Program-made: the position numbers and the translations under genes
NCBI RefSeq assembly: GCF_963676685.1
Contig: NC_092356.1
Span: 34,782,001 to 34,846,000 of the forward strand
Source: Mytilus edulis
Taxonomy: Eukaryota
Reading direction: 5' to 3'
Length of the DNA: 64,000 nt
The notes under the pieces: generated by a model
Told to the model about the DNA's origin: nothing
What the model saw: the letters and a program-made list of their open reading frames with translations, nothing else
Database searches by the model: none
In this document: positions 25,697-39,239 of the stretch, piece by piece
How the letters are laid out: each line of letters opens with the position of its first letter
Numbering within the stretch: position 1 is the first letter of the stretch

Positions 25697-26158
25697 CAGT
25701 CCTTGGATGGTGTAAACTTCCCACTAACACCATACACCATAACACCATACACCATTACACCATACACCTTGTACCATTACACAATACACGTTACACCTTT
25801 GCACCATACACCTTACGCATTACACCATACACCATTACACATTCTATCTACACGATCCGAAATTACCCATAATGCAATTAAATTTCCAATATTAAGATTA
25901 TTATTATTGTTTATGTTTACAATTTGAAAAAAAAACTAAATAAAAAGAACTTCGTTTTCAACTAATGAAATGTCGTACACCATCATTCATACCATTCCCG
26001 ATCACACGTTACACAATCACACCATTCCTCATACACCATTACACCATTCCCATTACACCATACACCATAGCATCATACACCTTACACCATTGCACCATAC
26101 ACCTTACACTATTACACCATACACGTTTTTTTGGAGAGTTAACACCATCCAAGAGCTG
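25697..26158. mobile_element. MITE with TA TSD and internal (CACCATA/CACCATTA)n minisatellite
   Basis: TA|CAGTCCTTGGATGGTGTAAACT ... AGTTAACACCATCCAAGAGCTG|TA. Confidence 0.8.
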
Positions 26159-27342
26159 TAAGTATCTGTCTTTGTAAGAATTAAGCAGGTTCCTATTGAT
26201 GGTCGATTCATGACCCCTCTTCAAATGTCTTCATATTTTGTTGATGAAGAAGGTATGGTATGAATATAAGTTCCATATATTAATTTATTTATTTTGGTTG
26301 CCATGGAAACCATCCTTACAAAATTAAGAAATTTCAGTGAACGATATTACGGCCCTTTACGATGGAAAGATTTCAAATCTTCAACTGTCGGTCACGAAAG
26401 ATGTTAATGTCTCCTGTTATATGGATTCCGGGGTCACAAATGGTTTCAAAAATAACTGCAATTTGATGAGACTATCATCAAAGTGAAAGGGTTAGCGCTA
26501 TAAAGCCAGGTTTAATCACCATTTTCTACATTTGAAAAAGTCTGTACCAAGTCAGGAATATGACTGTTCTTGTCCATTCGTTTATGATGTGTTTTTTTAT
26601 TTGATTTTGCCATGTGATTATGGACTTTCCGGTTAGATTTTCTTTTAAGTTTAGTATGTTTGTGAATATACTTTTTTTTATAACGTAGGTGTATTATCAC
26701 TGATATTTACATGTTTACACACGTGGATATAATTAAAAACATATATCCGGGTAGATTTTTTGTAAACGTAACAAATATAGAGAGAGTTCAGTATTACCGA
26801 AATATTTAGGATACCTATTCTTACATCTTAAACATTTAAACCTTTTAACTAAATTTTACTGTGCGTTTGGGCGTATGCTTGTTTATTCCACATTATCGGG
26901 ACACATAAGAGTGGGGTTGATATTTCACAAAACCTATCAATCCTTGCTGCAGATTTTACCTTATCACAAGTCAGTTACCTTTAGAGGGTATACATTTTGT
27001 GCAACTTTCAATTGGGATTCATTTGTATGTTTCGGAGTTAATGTGACGTACATTTGAACTAGTATGAATTATTGTATAAGAACCAGCTGGAGCCAGCCTC
27101 CGATTGATGGATTGTTTGCTACGTTGAAACCCATTGGTGGCTTTGGACGGTTTTTTGTTTTTAGTTCGGGTTGTCTCTCACCTCCTGTTTCCTCTTTATT
27201 CTATAGGGATTGTTGGCTTTTCCAAAATTATATATATAGTTTAAATAAAAGATATATATATATATACAGCCATGTATCACCATCATTTATGGCGATCCGA
27301 TGGATACATCTGTTGTAGGGTTGTCACTGACTCAGACGTACT

Positions 27343-27388
<46 letters not shown>
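27343..27388. repeat. (TA)n microsatellite
   Basis: Directly visible; similar tracts at about 7414-7432, 28105-28129 and 44827-44849. Confidence 0.9.
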
Positions 27389-27529
27389 ATGTTTTTATTC
27401 CCTCAAATATGTCAATTAATAATTTCGTTTGGTGCGAATAGCTAGTAATTCATATGAAAACAGGAAGAGTGCACTGGTATGTTAGTATGGTAGTAGGCAT
27501 AAGAAAATGTATACGGCATGGTTTTACAT

Positions 27530-27610
27530 TATATGGTGAAATGGTTTATGGTGAAATGGTTTATGGTGAAATGCTGTATGGTGAAATGATGAACGTGAAA
27601 TAGTGAATGG
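27530..27610. repeat. 15-bp minisatellite (ATGGTGAAATGGTTT)n
   Basis: Four to five adjacent copies that decay toward the 3' side. Confidence 0.75.
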
Positions 27611-27859
27611 TAAGTATGTTAATGGTGCATGATTAGTAACTGTATGGACTGTACCATAATAACTGTTTTGTTCGATTGAATATTCCATAGCTTTAAAAAG
27701 TAAATATAAACATAGATCAGAATATTTCAATTTTGAGAAATGAAAAACACAATGTTTAGAGGTAAAATCATTAACATAAAAATTCATTAAAAGAATAACA
27801 ATTGTGAAATGTTAACTAAGGAAGACAGATGTATGTTATCTGAAAAAAAAAAGATATTA

Positions 27860-28790
27860 AAGTGCCTTTGTCATTTTCAAAATCGCGTTTCGATGTTATT
27901 CTCGAGGTAGTAAAGTCTATCCCAAAATTTTGAATTATATAGTAATATCTTAATCAATACAATCACGACACAAAGTACTGCAGGTAATTAACCTCTTATA
28001 AAAAGTGATCCGCTGGTCATAAATCAGAATATACTAAATGTAACCTGATATTTGACCTCTTAGAATGTCAGTAATTGGGATAATTCAGTTGGTTAAATTA
28101 ACTAGTATATATATATATATATATATATAAGACAAAATATAACGATCAGTGTCTTGGGATTTTTATTTCAAAACCTACCTACACGTTCCAATAATTGCTA
28201 TTGACGTCATATATCATAATACTTGATTAGTTTGTAATTTGGAATGCCCATGTGACATCCAAGCAATCGCTAGTTTGATAATATCTGTACAAATTTTATC
28301 TCATACACTGACAAACATTGTATTCCGTTTGTGTTATACCAATTCTTACAGAAGAGACAGGTGATACCAATGGGTCATTGAAAGTTCATTTAATAAAGAA
28401 AAATATTCATTTAAGTGAAATAAATAGCCGGAAAACTTGATAGTAGGTTACACGTCTAAGGGTATACAATTATACACAGGCAAATTTTAGTCACATGGAT
28501 TTCACGTTATCTTTAAATTTATGTTAATCTCACGGGAAATCCATCTGAGTTTCAACTTAAACAAGCTTATACGTGAAAATCACATGAGTTTTTGTTCACG
28601 TGAAATTCACGTGAATTTTGAAAATAACCTAAATCAATTAACATCTAAACTTTCAAGTTTTATCAAAATAATACCATTTTTTCTTTCAGTAAAGTTCATG
28701 AGAAAATCAACAGCTCAAACACATGTGATTGGAAAACGACTGGTACATGCATTTCATTGTGTAGATAATGATAGATTAAACCTAAGTTAT
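27860..28790 (+). repeat. Local direct duplication, copy 2
   Basis: Colinear homology with 21965-22749, with extra inserted segments. Confidence 0.85.
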
Positions 28791-29409
28791 TTTGTTTTGA
28801 TTAACATAGACTGTTTTGATAACATATAATAAATCATGTCAATATCAAATCACAAACTACTGATCTTTTGTTTTGGATACCAGGGACTACTTTGCGCCTA
28901 ACATTACATCAGCTTTCATTTTTCATTTGCTCGACATCAGCCTTTTTATGTTGTTCAAATTAATATTCTCCTTTCCGTTATCATGACAACCAGACAAGTT
29001 TCAGTATACTTTCCACGATAACATGAAAGTTAACATTTTCTGTTGGATAATGTACTGATTAAGAAATTAAAAAAAACAATACCTGTAACTAAAATTAAAA
29101 CACATTCGCAATAAGGAGAAACATTGACAGATTTATGTATTTGTTCTGACTGTATTTAATTTAGCGGTTTTTATGTAAGAACTTTCAAAATTCTAAGCAT
29201 AGTCATACAAGTATTATAGGAAATTTGAAACAAGATAAATTGCACCAGGTTAGACTACAGTTTCATTGATCAGGTGTTTGTTTTGTTTAAAATTAGACTA
29301 AAGTTTAACGCTTTGTAAACTGATAAAAATACATTTACAGATACAACACTAAGTCTTTATATTAATTGATAATTTGAATAACATTAAAATAAAAAAAAAT
29401 ACTGAAATC

Positions 29410-32400
29410 TACGGAAGCCGATAAGGGCCATTGAAAAAAAATTCATGTCGTAATTACGACATAGCATGTCGTTATAACGACACCACTATGTCGTTATTTC
29501 GACATAACATGTCGTTATTACGATATCGCTATGTCGTAATTTCGATCGTAATTTCGACATAAGATGTCGTAATTACGACATCACTATGTCGAAATAACGA
29601 CATATTATGTCGAAATAACGACACCGCTATGTCGTAATAACGACATATTATGTCGAAATAACGACATCGCTATATCATTATAACAACCTTAGCTTTGTTA
29701 CTTCGTGAGCATTGAAACAATACGAGAAAGAACATTTCCATCTTTATTTTCAGATCAAACTTGATATACGTGTGCGTTATAAGGTCCTATTCAAGTGTTG
29801 TAACTTATGGTTTTAAATTGGATAAAACACATGACAAAGTTTTCAAAATATTCTTCTCAAGAACACTAATTAAAGTGACTGAGTTAAAACTTAGTATAAA
29901 TATACATTGTGTTCCTAGTATCCGATGTCTTTAAAAAGAGATGTTGCGTTTGACATGATCCGAAGTTAAATATGGCCGCCAGTGAGGACAAAGTGTGTAT
30001 CAAAACCCTATTGTAAACATATTCATTTTCTTTTCGAGAATGTTAAACTCTGAATTCAATCAAGCTTGATTGATATTAAAGTTATTCACTTTATATGTCT
30101 ACACATGATAGAACTTTATTTCATAATCAAGTCGAATAGGACCCTTATAAATGGTGATCAATTCAGGCCTCTATTATATTTGGCATGTATGTAGCAAGAA
30201 CATGTGTTTAGTACTCGAGGGATAATGTGTGCCTTTGCAATTGCTTGTCGTCCGTCATCGTCTGTAGTTACCGTTTACTTTTATTTTTATTTTTACTACT
30301 ATTACCTTTACTAAGTATCAGTTTCAATATTGTTCGTTGTCGATCATAATCGACGGACTCAAAGTGATGACAATACATGTAGCTATCCAAAAAAATGGTT
30401 TCGAGGACACAACTCAGAGATGGGTCAAGCTGATCATTCTGAAATTTTCGAAGATCAGGCGATCCATAAGCCTCGAGTATTAGGGTCCAAAATTTAACAT
30501 ACTAGGCTCTAATGAAAAAAGCTTTGAAAATCATCTTCATAAGAACTATCAGGCCATTTTGGACTAATTTTAAAGAATGAAGGATTCTTATATAATGAGG
30601 AGTAAATATAAAAAAGAAGATATGGTATGACGAGACAACTCTTCACAAGAAACCACATGACACAGAAATTAACAATTATAGGTCACCTTACGGCCTTTAA
30701 CAATGATCACAGCCCATACCGCTTAATCAGCTATAAAAGGCCCCGAAAGGACAAATGGTATACAATTTAAACGAGAAAAACTAACGGCCTATTTTATGTA
30801 CAAAAATAAACGAAAAACAAATATGTAGCACATCAACAAACGACAACCACTGAATTAAAGACTTGGGACTGACACATACATAGAGAATATGGCGGGGTTA
30901 AACATGTTAGCGGGATCCAAACTCTCTCCCTATGTGGGTACGAATAGTGTTCCTGGGGTACAGTTGTTAAAAGAACTAGGGGTACAAAGTTTAAATAAGG
31001 CTTCAATGGGGAGGACGCTTGAAGAACCTCATTAAGAACCAACAATAGCAATGCAGTTATAATTTGCATTAAGTCTAAGTAGTACATTAAGATTCAATTG
31101 TATACAAATGAAGGTACAGAGGTCCGTGGGTCTGCGCACTATGACCCCAAAGCTTAAGATATTAGTCTTTATTGGGAAAAGATTAAAATTCATCTTATTC
31201 AGAACCTGCAATGGAATTGGAGGACTTCATAATTTACACTAATCTCTACATGCCAAACATAAGTAAAGGCCCCGCGGAGCTTGAATTTCTCCCCTATTCA
31301 ATTCGGTCTCATTTGACTTCATTACAAAATAAATTTCTTGTATGTGCAAGTCTCGAGGTGCAAGTAAATAACTTTAATTGAGCTTGATTCCATATAGTGT
31401 TCATTATTCTCTCTAAAAAAAGGTGAATTTGTTTACGCTACAAACTTTGCCTTTACTGACGACTATTTTGAATTACCTATCTCTTCAAAAAGTGAAAAGT
31501 TAAACTCTAAGGTTGTCGTTATTATCACATTGCGGCCAAGAGTCCGTAATTCAGTGGTTGTCGTTTGTTGCTGTGTTACATATCTGTTTTTTCGGTCTTT
31601 GTTTGTACATTATTAAAACCGTTACTTTTCTAGTTTGAATTAAAATTGTTAAACATCTGTCATTTCGGGGACTCTCCCTCTGGTATCGTTCGTCCCTCTT
31701 TTATAGCTGACTATGCGGGGGCTGTTCTTATTATTGAAGGCCTTATGATGACCTATAGCTGTTAATTTATGTGTCATTTAGTCTCTTGGCAATAACAAAA
31801 CATATTCTTTTATATACATATATATATGGGTCATTTTCAAAAAATGTCGAATTTTGAAATTGATAAATTTATTAAAAGTTACTTATTCAAACAACCCTCT
31901 AAATAAGCAAATCAAAACAAACAGTACTTTAAGAACACCATATTAAAAGATGCAATCTTAATGATGTCATACAAGAATATCTTGAAACATTTTTTGATCG
32001 GCGGTACAATATTTTGTCTATTCTGTTACCATTTTCAAAAGAAATTTTGCAATTAGATGGTAGTAAGAGTATAAACTTCTATATATATTCATTCTGTAAA
32101 ATAATAGATTATTTGCCAATTTTCCAGGTTGTACTGAAAAATGCCCCTAAAAATTGGTTTTCAAAGGTTGTAAAAATTACCACAAGTAATGCAAGTCTAA
32201 GATAGCAATTTATATTGTTCGGCATTTCTTCACCCTTTCAAACAAACCCAACATCAAGTAAATCCCTCATAAATTAGTTTACTTTTTCTCTTTATTTCAT
32301 TGGTAACAGGAACGTACGTTTCTGATATATCACTTTATAAAAGTCTATCATGTTACCTTTTTGTGTTTCTGTTACTGGTATCAGTATTGCACATGCAAAT

Positions 32401-33449
32401 GATTGATTGGGAAGATTATGACGTTATAACCTTAAGATGAGTTCAAACAACGAAATATTTCATTCCTTTTGCACCTATATGTTAAGATAAAAAATTTAAC
32501 GACGTTTTGTCTATCCTGTAACTGTAACCATAGCAACCATAGTAACAGGATAGACACATTTCTTCGTTTTTGATTGCTGTTGTGAAATAACTACTCCCTT
32601 TGGTGAAGTGATTATGGTTTTCTATTGTGAATTTGGTTTCAAACACGTTATTGCACTTTATACAAGCATACTGTTGGTGTAATTAATCAAACATGTTTGT
32701 AACAGCATAGACATGAAAAAAAGTACACTCTATCTTTTTCGCTAAATGTCTTAAAATTTCTTTTCTCTACACTGTCGTTGAAGAAACAAGGCGTTTTAAA
32801 TGTTAAGATTACTTTGCACTTTTGAAATCAACTCTGACTGATTCAATATTCAGAAAATTTAACGGCTGATTTAAGTAGCGGTAACAGGATAGACATGAAC
32901 CTCCCGTACGCTGATCGAACTTAGTTTGCAGATAATATGTAACATACAATGATAAAGAAGCTACAAGTTTTCGTTAGAGTAATAATTAACGTTCTTAAAA
33001 AATCCCTTTTGCAGATATCAAGGCGATCAGAAAATCGGAAAAGAAATTATTTGAAATGTGTTTTTCTGATATGACACTGTACGCACATAAATACCCCCAA
33101 AATCGGACTTAAATGCAGTTTAATCTCATCAAAATAGATGTCAGTTGTGTTTATTCTTAATGTTCTGAATCACAAATCCGACAAGCTTTCATTTAAACCA
33201 TTAAAACTGAAATTTCAATTAGAAATAAAAAATTTAGCATGAGTGTACTGAAAATTCGACATTTTTTTTAAAATGACCCATATATCGATGTCGTTATTAC
33301 GACAATAGCGATATCGTTATTACGACATATTATGTCAAAATAACGACATAGCGATGTCGTAATAACGACATGTTATGTCGAAATTACAACATGCTATGTC
33401 GTAAGTACGACATACATTTTTTGTTGAATGGCCCTTATCGGCTTCCGTA
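29410..33449. mobile_element. Foldback-like DNA transposon with TAC...GTA termini (IS3EU-like) and tandem palindrome arrays
   Basis: TIR TACGGAAGCCGATAAGGGCCATT at both ends. Arrays of ATGTCGTAATTACGACAT variants at 29445-29670 and 33287-33415. TSD is degenerate (aatc/actc). Confidence 0.8.
31828..33279. mobile_element. Nested non-autonomous DNA transposon (GGG termini, AT or ATAT TSD; ISL2EU- or Sola1-like)
   Basis: ATAT|GGGTCATTTTCAAAAAATGTCGAATTTT ... AAAATTCGACATTTTTTTTAAAATGACCC|ATAT. Internal motif GTCTATCCTGTTAC occurs about six times in both orientations. Confidence 0.8.
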
Positions 33450-34990
33450 ACTCCGATGAATATTCAAAAAGGAAAGTCCCTAATCAAATAACGAAATCTA
33501 AAGTTCAAACACATCAAACGAATGGATGACAACTGTCATATGCCTGACTTGGTACCGGCATTTTCTTATATAGAAAATGATGGATTAAACCTGGTTTTAT
33601 AGCTAGCTAAACCTTTCACTTGTATAAGTCATTGACAGTCGCATCAAATTCCATTATATTGACAACGATGCGTGAACAAAACAAACAGACACTATATATA
33701 AATGCAAAAATAAAGATACAGTAGTCAACATTGTGGTATCATTTTAATTACTATAAAAACAAACAAATGTAACAAAGAAGCACAAAAAGACATACATCAA
33801 ATTTTAAATTCTTCATTTTGCTTTTGTATGAACGATTTTCTTTATCTATGTAAGATCAACCCATAAAGAATTTTAAAAATGTAGGCACCTGCGTAGAATT
33901 TGACTTCACCCAGGTAAATATAGAATAATTTTGTCGTTCAAAGTAAGACGAGATACATTAGAACAGAGTCACGTCAAACGGATATCTCAAAACATAGACT
34001 GAACAGTGAAAGTAATGTAAATAAAATGAAATAATTTTGTAATTTAAAGTACGACGGGATGCATAAGTACAGAGTCACGTCAAATGGATATCAAAAATAG
34101 TGGTTGTCGTTTTTTTATGTGTTGCATATTTTTTTTTCGTATATTTTTTATACTAAAACTATGCCGTTAGTTTTCTCATTTGAATTGTTTTAAATTGTCA
34201 TTTCGGAGCCATTTATAGCTGACTATGCGGTTTGAGCTTTGATCATTGTTGAAGTCCGTACGATGACCTATAGTTGTTATTTTTTTGTCATTTTGGTCTC
34301 ATTTGGGAGAGTTTTCGCATTGACAATCATACCACATCATCTTTTTTTTTATATCAACAGTAAAAGTAATATTAATAAAGACGAATAAAATAATACTATT
34401 ACACCTTATTAAGATAATAAATAATGTCCGTACGCGGAATCTTTACCCCAAGACCATCGTGTATTATTTGTGAGGTTGATACGGAATATTTATCAACAAG
34501 GTTTTGGTATCTTCCCATGAACGTTTATTTTAGAAAAAGGACGAGACACTCTTTTGCATACCCCTGCTTCATACACTTTCTGCTCAGACACAGATGACGT
34601 TTAACAAAGTCTGAGTAGGAGATTCAAGCACTTGAATACTTAATAAGTTGGGAAATGTAAATCCCGTTTGCAGGTGAAGTTTGTGTGTTGCTACTAGGGT
34701 TGGGGAATTGATAATTTCAAAATTAAAATCGTCTCGTTTGTCATAGATTATTGTACTGTGACTGTGCAGGTCAATTTCGATGTATAAGTCTAAGAATAAG
34801 ACCGGAATGCCGTGTCTGTTGTTTCTTTAATTTATAGTTATTGGGGGTATGTTAATGAAATCCAATCAGAAAAGTAACACTTTTTTTTAATTTGGATTTA
34901 CTATGGCTTAAAATTAATATTTATACGACAAACGATAACTTTTAATGTTTTAAAAGCATTTTAAAAAAGAGTTGGTATACAAATAAGAGA
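33450..34990 (-). mobile_element. 3' part of a Penelope-like element whose ORF ends at the RT thumb, with its 3' non-coding tail
   Basis: Minus strand of about 34450-34840: IKETTDT, YDKRDDFNFEIIN, SPANGIYISQLIKYS, SYSDFVKRH..QGY, FMGRYQNLVDKY. Tail copies near 26460-26670 and 44900-45300. Confidence 0.75.
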
Positions 34991-36024
34991 GTGGGGTATG
35001 ATAACTAATGAGACAAAATGACGTGGATTTCAAAATTAAATGTCAGCATACGGTCTTCCACAATGAGCAACGACAAGGCCCACAAATGTTTGATTTTGTT
35101 TAGCGTTATTATTCGTACATACCTGCATCTTTATTACACTAATTTGTTATATGCACAAACATATCTACAGATAAACATACAATGTACATTGATTATTTTA
35201 ATTCCAATATATAAATAAACTCATCATAGATACAAAGATTGAAATTTAGTTTATTCGTCAGACGCACGTTTCGTCTACAAAATATTCATCAAATCAGAAA
35301 GTCATTGTAATTAAACACAACCACCACACTACCAGTATTACGAACCTGCTGGAACAAAATACTGATCAGTACACCCAAAGTGTTTTCGGCACTTCAGTGC
35401 TTCTTTATGAATAATGCCGACTTCAGAAGCATGTTCTTTCATTAAACAAAATATATATGCAAGTACCGTGTCGTTGCGAAAGACGAGTCAATAATTTTGT
35501 TTTACCTCGCATTCATGATATAATTGCATATTGTTTGTTCAATTCAGAGATATATTTTGTTATTGGTGATTGGTTTTTCAAAACATTAGACAACAGTTTG
35601 ATGATTATTATTCATGGGTACCAGTTTAGGTTAGATTCATTACCGATTTTTATGTGTTGTTTATTTGCATCTTGTTTGCCATTTTCGCATTTCAGAGTCA
35701 TTAAACATGGTAGAGCTTACTTATATTATGTAAACTTTTTATTACAGGTTTCTCTCTTCTAAACATTTTAATTACGTTATTAATAAGGTTTATAATGAAA
35801 ATGTTTAACATTAAAATATATATACCAATCGCAAGTTAATCCAAAAAATTATATAACTTAAATCATACATAAAATATATGCAAATAAGCAAACAAGAAAA
35901 GGTCATTTTTCAGGTCATCTTACGTACATATAAATTACAAAGCCAATTATTACCTACTCATTCTGCAAAGAATTGATGTCACTGCTGGTAATACATTAGA
36001 TTATTGCTTGTCGCTTTAATAAGT

Positions 36025-37236
36025 ATGGACGATCAGATAGCAATCAGATATATGTCTTCATGGATTTTATTATGTATATCATTTAACGTTGCTAATGGTC
36101 AGACATCTACTGATATTAACAAATTATATACCGATATATTCACAAGTTATCAAAAGTCAGTTGTACCAAATTCTGATTTTTCTACAGCTTTGAATGTAAA
36201 ATTGAGAATGTATTTGATGACAATATCTCGATTTAATGAAGTGGAAGAAACTTTGGACACTGCGACTGGAATGATAGCTACGTGGACTGATTCTGGATTC
36301 ACTTGGGATCCTTCTTCCTACGGTAATGCAGAATATATCATAGTGCCACATACCGATGTTTGGACACCGAAGTTTGTACTAACAAATTCTGTTGAAACAT
36401 ACGAACCAATAGGAGGGGGTAATGATCTATTTGTAACGATAAATTACAACGGCTCTGTTTCTATTGCTTATGGCGATGTCATGTCATCCAAATGTACAGC
36501 GAATGTATACAAGTTTCCTTTTGATTCTCAAACATGTTATCTTAACTTTGTTGTATGGGGGATTGCAGCAAGTGACATAAACTTGATAGCAGATTCTATC
36601 CCGGTTGATCTATCCTTCTATACACCAAACTCTGACTGGTCACTAGAATCATATAAAGGTGAAACTTTACTTTGGAATGGATATTCTAATTTTAAAATGA
36701 CTTTTACAATAAAACGTGCACCTTTATATTACAATATAGTAGTTGCTTGTCCTACCCTTTTGTTTAGTATACTGAATCCACTGGTATTTCTACTTTCGGT
36801 AGATTCTGGAGACCGAATAGGATTATCAACGACAATTTTACTATCATATGCAATATTTCTGACCATGGTCCAAATGGCTGTTCCGGCATCCTCTAATCCT
36901 ATGAGTCTTTTATTAGTCATGATGATAGTAACTATAACAGTCAGTGGCATATGTGTTGGTGTTACGATCTATATATCATCACTTTATCATAGAGATCCTG
37001 AATCAAAAATGAACAAAGTTTACAAATTCATTGGATCAAAGACACCATGGAGACAAAGATTATCAGCTATTCGACCAGCGTCCTATGATATAGAAATAGT
37101 ACACGTGAAATCCGCGACAGAGGTAACCATTACCTGGAAAGATGTTTGCGATGGGCTTGATAAATACATGATGTGGCTCTCATACTTGATGGTTTTTATT
37201 GTTAACGTAACATACTTCATTGTTTCTTCAGTGTGA
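36025..37236 (+). CDS. Cys-loop ligand-gated ion channel subunit, atypical nAChR-like, single-exon CDS (copy 2)
   Basis: Signal peptide ending ANG|Q, Cys-loop CTANVYKFPFDSQTC, M2 GDRIGLSTTILLS, four TM helices, uninterrupted ORF. Confidence 0.95.
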   Translation: MDDQIAIRYMSSWILLCISFNVANGQTSTDINKLYTDIFTSYQKSVVPNSDFSTALNVKLRMYLMTISRFNEVEETLDTATGMIATWTDSGFTWDPSSYGNAEYIIVPHTDVWTPKFVLTNSVETYEPIGGGNDLFVTINYNGSVSIAYGDVMSSKCTANVYKFPFDSQTCYLNFVVWGIAASDINLIADSIPVDLSFYTPNSDWSLESYKGETLLWNGYSNFKMTFTIKRAPLYYNIVVACPTLLFSILNPLVFLLSVDSGDRIGLSTTILLSYAIFLTMVQMAVPASSNPMSLLLVMMIVTITVSGICVGVTIYISSLYHRDPESKMNKVYKFIGSKTPWRQRLSAIRPASYDIEIVHVKSATEVTITWKDVCDGLDKYMMWLSYLMVFIVNVTYFIVSSV

Positions 37237-37940
37237 ATATTAACGATAAACATATGATATCATTTGTATTTAAATATCATGACTTGTTTGTACAAACCAA
37301 TAATCGAAGACACATTGAAAATGACATTGTGTTCCGGTGTCGAAGTTATCGTAATCTTTGATCTGATGTTGTGTTGTTGCAGATGTAACGCACTTCAACA
37401 CATGTTACTCTTACATTTACTATTTATTCTCATCGCATGTCAAATTAAAGGACTTTTATTCAGGCAATTGGTTGTCGTTAAATACTTTCAGTTATAATTA
37501 TTTTTCGTTCATCGTTATAGCGCAGAGAAGAAAAAGTTAGATTTATTATTTACAATGTTTTAAATTCAGGGACCTTTATAGCTTACTTTGCGGTAAGAGT
37601 TGTGCTTGAATCTACATTTATTTATATCACCATTCTTTGTACTCATTAGTGAACGTATGTTAGTATCAATTATACCATATTTACATAATTGAATTATAAT
37701 AGAAGGTACATTTCCAAATTATTAAATATCAATAAGCGATAAATCGATATAACTGCTGGTTTATTTCTGTTTTTAAGGTAATGGGTGTATTTTTTTTGGG
37801 CTCTAGTGTTGTCTCCTTATGTTTAACCTGATTTCCGATTGAATTCTTAAATATCTCCTGTCTCCTATATACATTTTAACCTACGACATGTTGATGAATT
37901 CTTATTCACACAGATGCATTTACATAGAATAAGGTATTAA

Positions 37941-38462
37941 ATAAAACTGGAAATCAACATCAAGTTTAGAAAATCTGCATTACTTCTTGCATTCAATTTC
38001 GTGATGTAAGTTAGATTATTTTTTAATTTGAAGTATCTAACATTTTTTTTCTTCTTAGTGTTTTTTTTCAAATTCAACCTATTTATTTTGCCTGAAAGAC
38101 ATATCGTGCATTATAATTTACCGTAATATATAAATTGATATGACTCAACCATATCATGTTATGTAAACATGAAAGCATGGACGAAGTTAACGTTAATTGC
38201 CCTCGTCCATATATGCATGGACAAAGTCTGTTGTGTTACTCCATGCAAGCCTGGACTAAGTTAACATTAGTTGCATTCGTTCATGCATGCATTGACTAAG
38301 TTTGTTGTGTAAGTACAAAGTTAACGTTAGTGGCCTTTGTCCATGCATGCCTGGAAAGCTTATTTCCCAAGTTCTCATGTTTACATCTTTTCTTATATCA
38401 TGAAATTAAGCGGTAGGAAGAAATGGAAGTTTTCTAAACTTGATGTTGATTTCCAGTTTTAT
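37941..38462. mobile_element. MITE-like element with 33-bp perfect inverted repeats and internal GCATGGACAAAGT-type tandem units
   Basis: ATAAAACTGGAAATCAACATCAAGTTTAGAAAA and its exact reverse complement; imperfect pairing continues inward. True termini and TSD are unclear. Confidence 0.7.
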
Positions 38463-39239
38463 GTATTACTTCTTATAGATACCTTTATACAACGTGCATA
38501 GTCAATCATTTCAGTTCAACAATAACATATAACCATGGTTATCAACACCACCACCTAATATGCAAACCCGTGTTTTATTTCGGAGTGTTGTAAAAAAGAG
38601 AATAAGACCAATACAGTAAATAATTTATGAAATTACAACTGCAATGATACGAAACTATAAAATTACAAAAATTTAATGTATATTTAAATCACTTTTCAAG
38701 AAGGGACAATCAAGCCAAACAAGTATAAAGATGAAAAACATTGAAAACCCAAAACTTCCAAAAAGTTGGGTCAAATACGGCTAAGGTAATCTATGCCTGG
38801 GAGTATTTTGAATAATTTATACCTTACAAACAGTATGATATTCATGTCATCACCGAAGTGCTGACAAACTACATTATAACAAATCAAAAACAAAAAACAG
38901 CGGTCAACTTAAAATCAACAATAAGCGCGACGAAAAACAAGCATTAAGCATTGGGAACTACATTACACTCTACGATGAACATTTGATTGGACAAAAGAAA
39001 CCGTAAAATAAAATACGGAAAAAAAAGTTTAAACTTTATTTTAATTGCTATATCATAAAGCCGGTGATCAGTGCGAAATTGATAGTTGATTGATAACTCT
39101 GAAGTAACAAACGTTTGCGTATATCTGATATTAAGATGATTACATGTAACAAATGTAATTTGAAAATAAAATATACAGCTGCAGCATATTGTGAACATTA
39201 CACCTTCATAACCTTAAACTATAATTTTTTTTAATTTTT

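Noticed and set aside
25664-26224. His/Thr/Tyr/Pro-rich ORFs resembling byssal or metal-binding proteins
   Set aside because: They are translations of a minisatellite inside a MITE, open in several frames, with no signal peptide.
29445-29670. CRISPR-like array of palindromic repeats
   Set aside because: Spacers are only 2-5 nt, there are no cas genes, the context is eukaryotic, and the array is mirrored at the other end of a TIR element.
35250-35292. Hammerhead in a retrozyme-family fragment
   Set aside because: Core reads UUGAUGA, stem II is broken and the 5' arm of stem I is lost; counted only as a dead copy.
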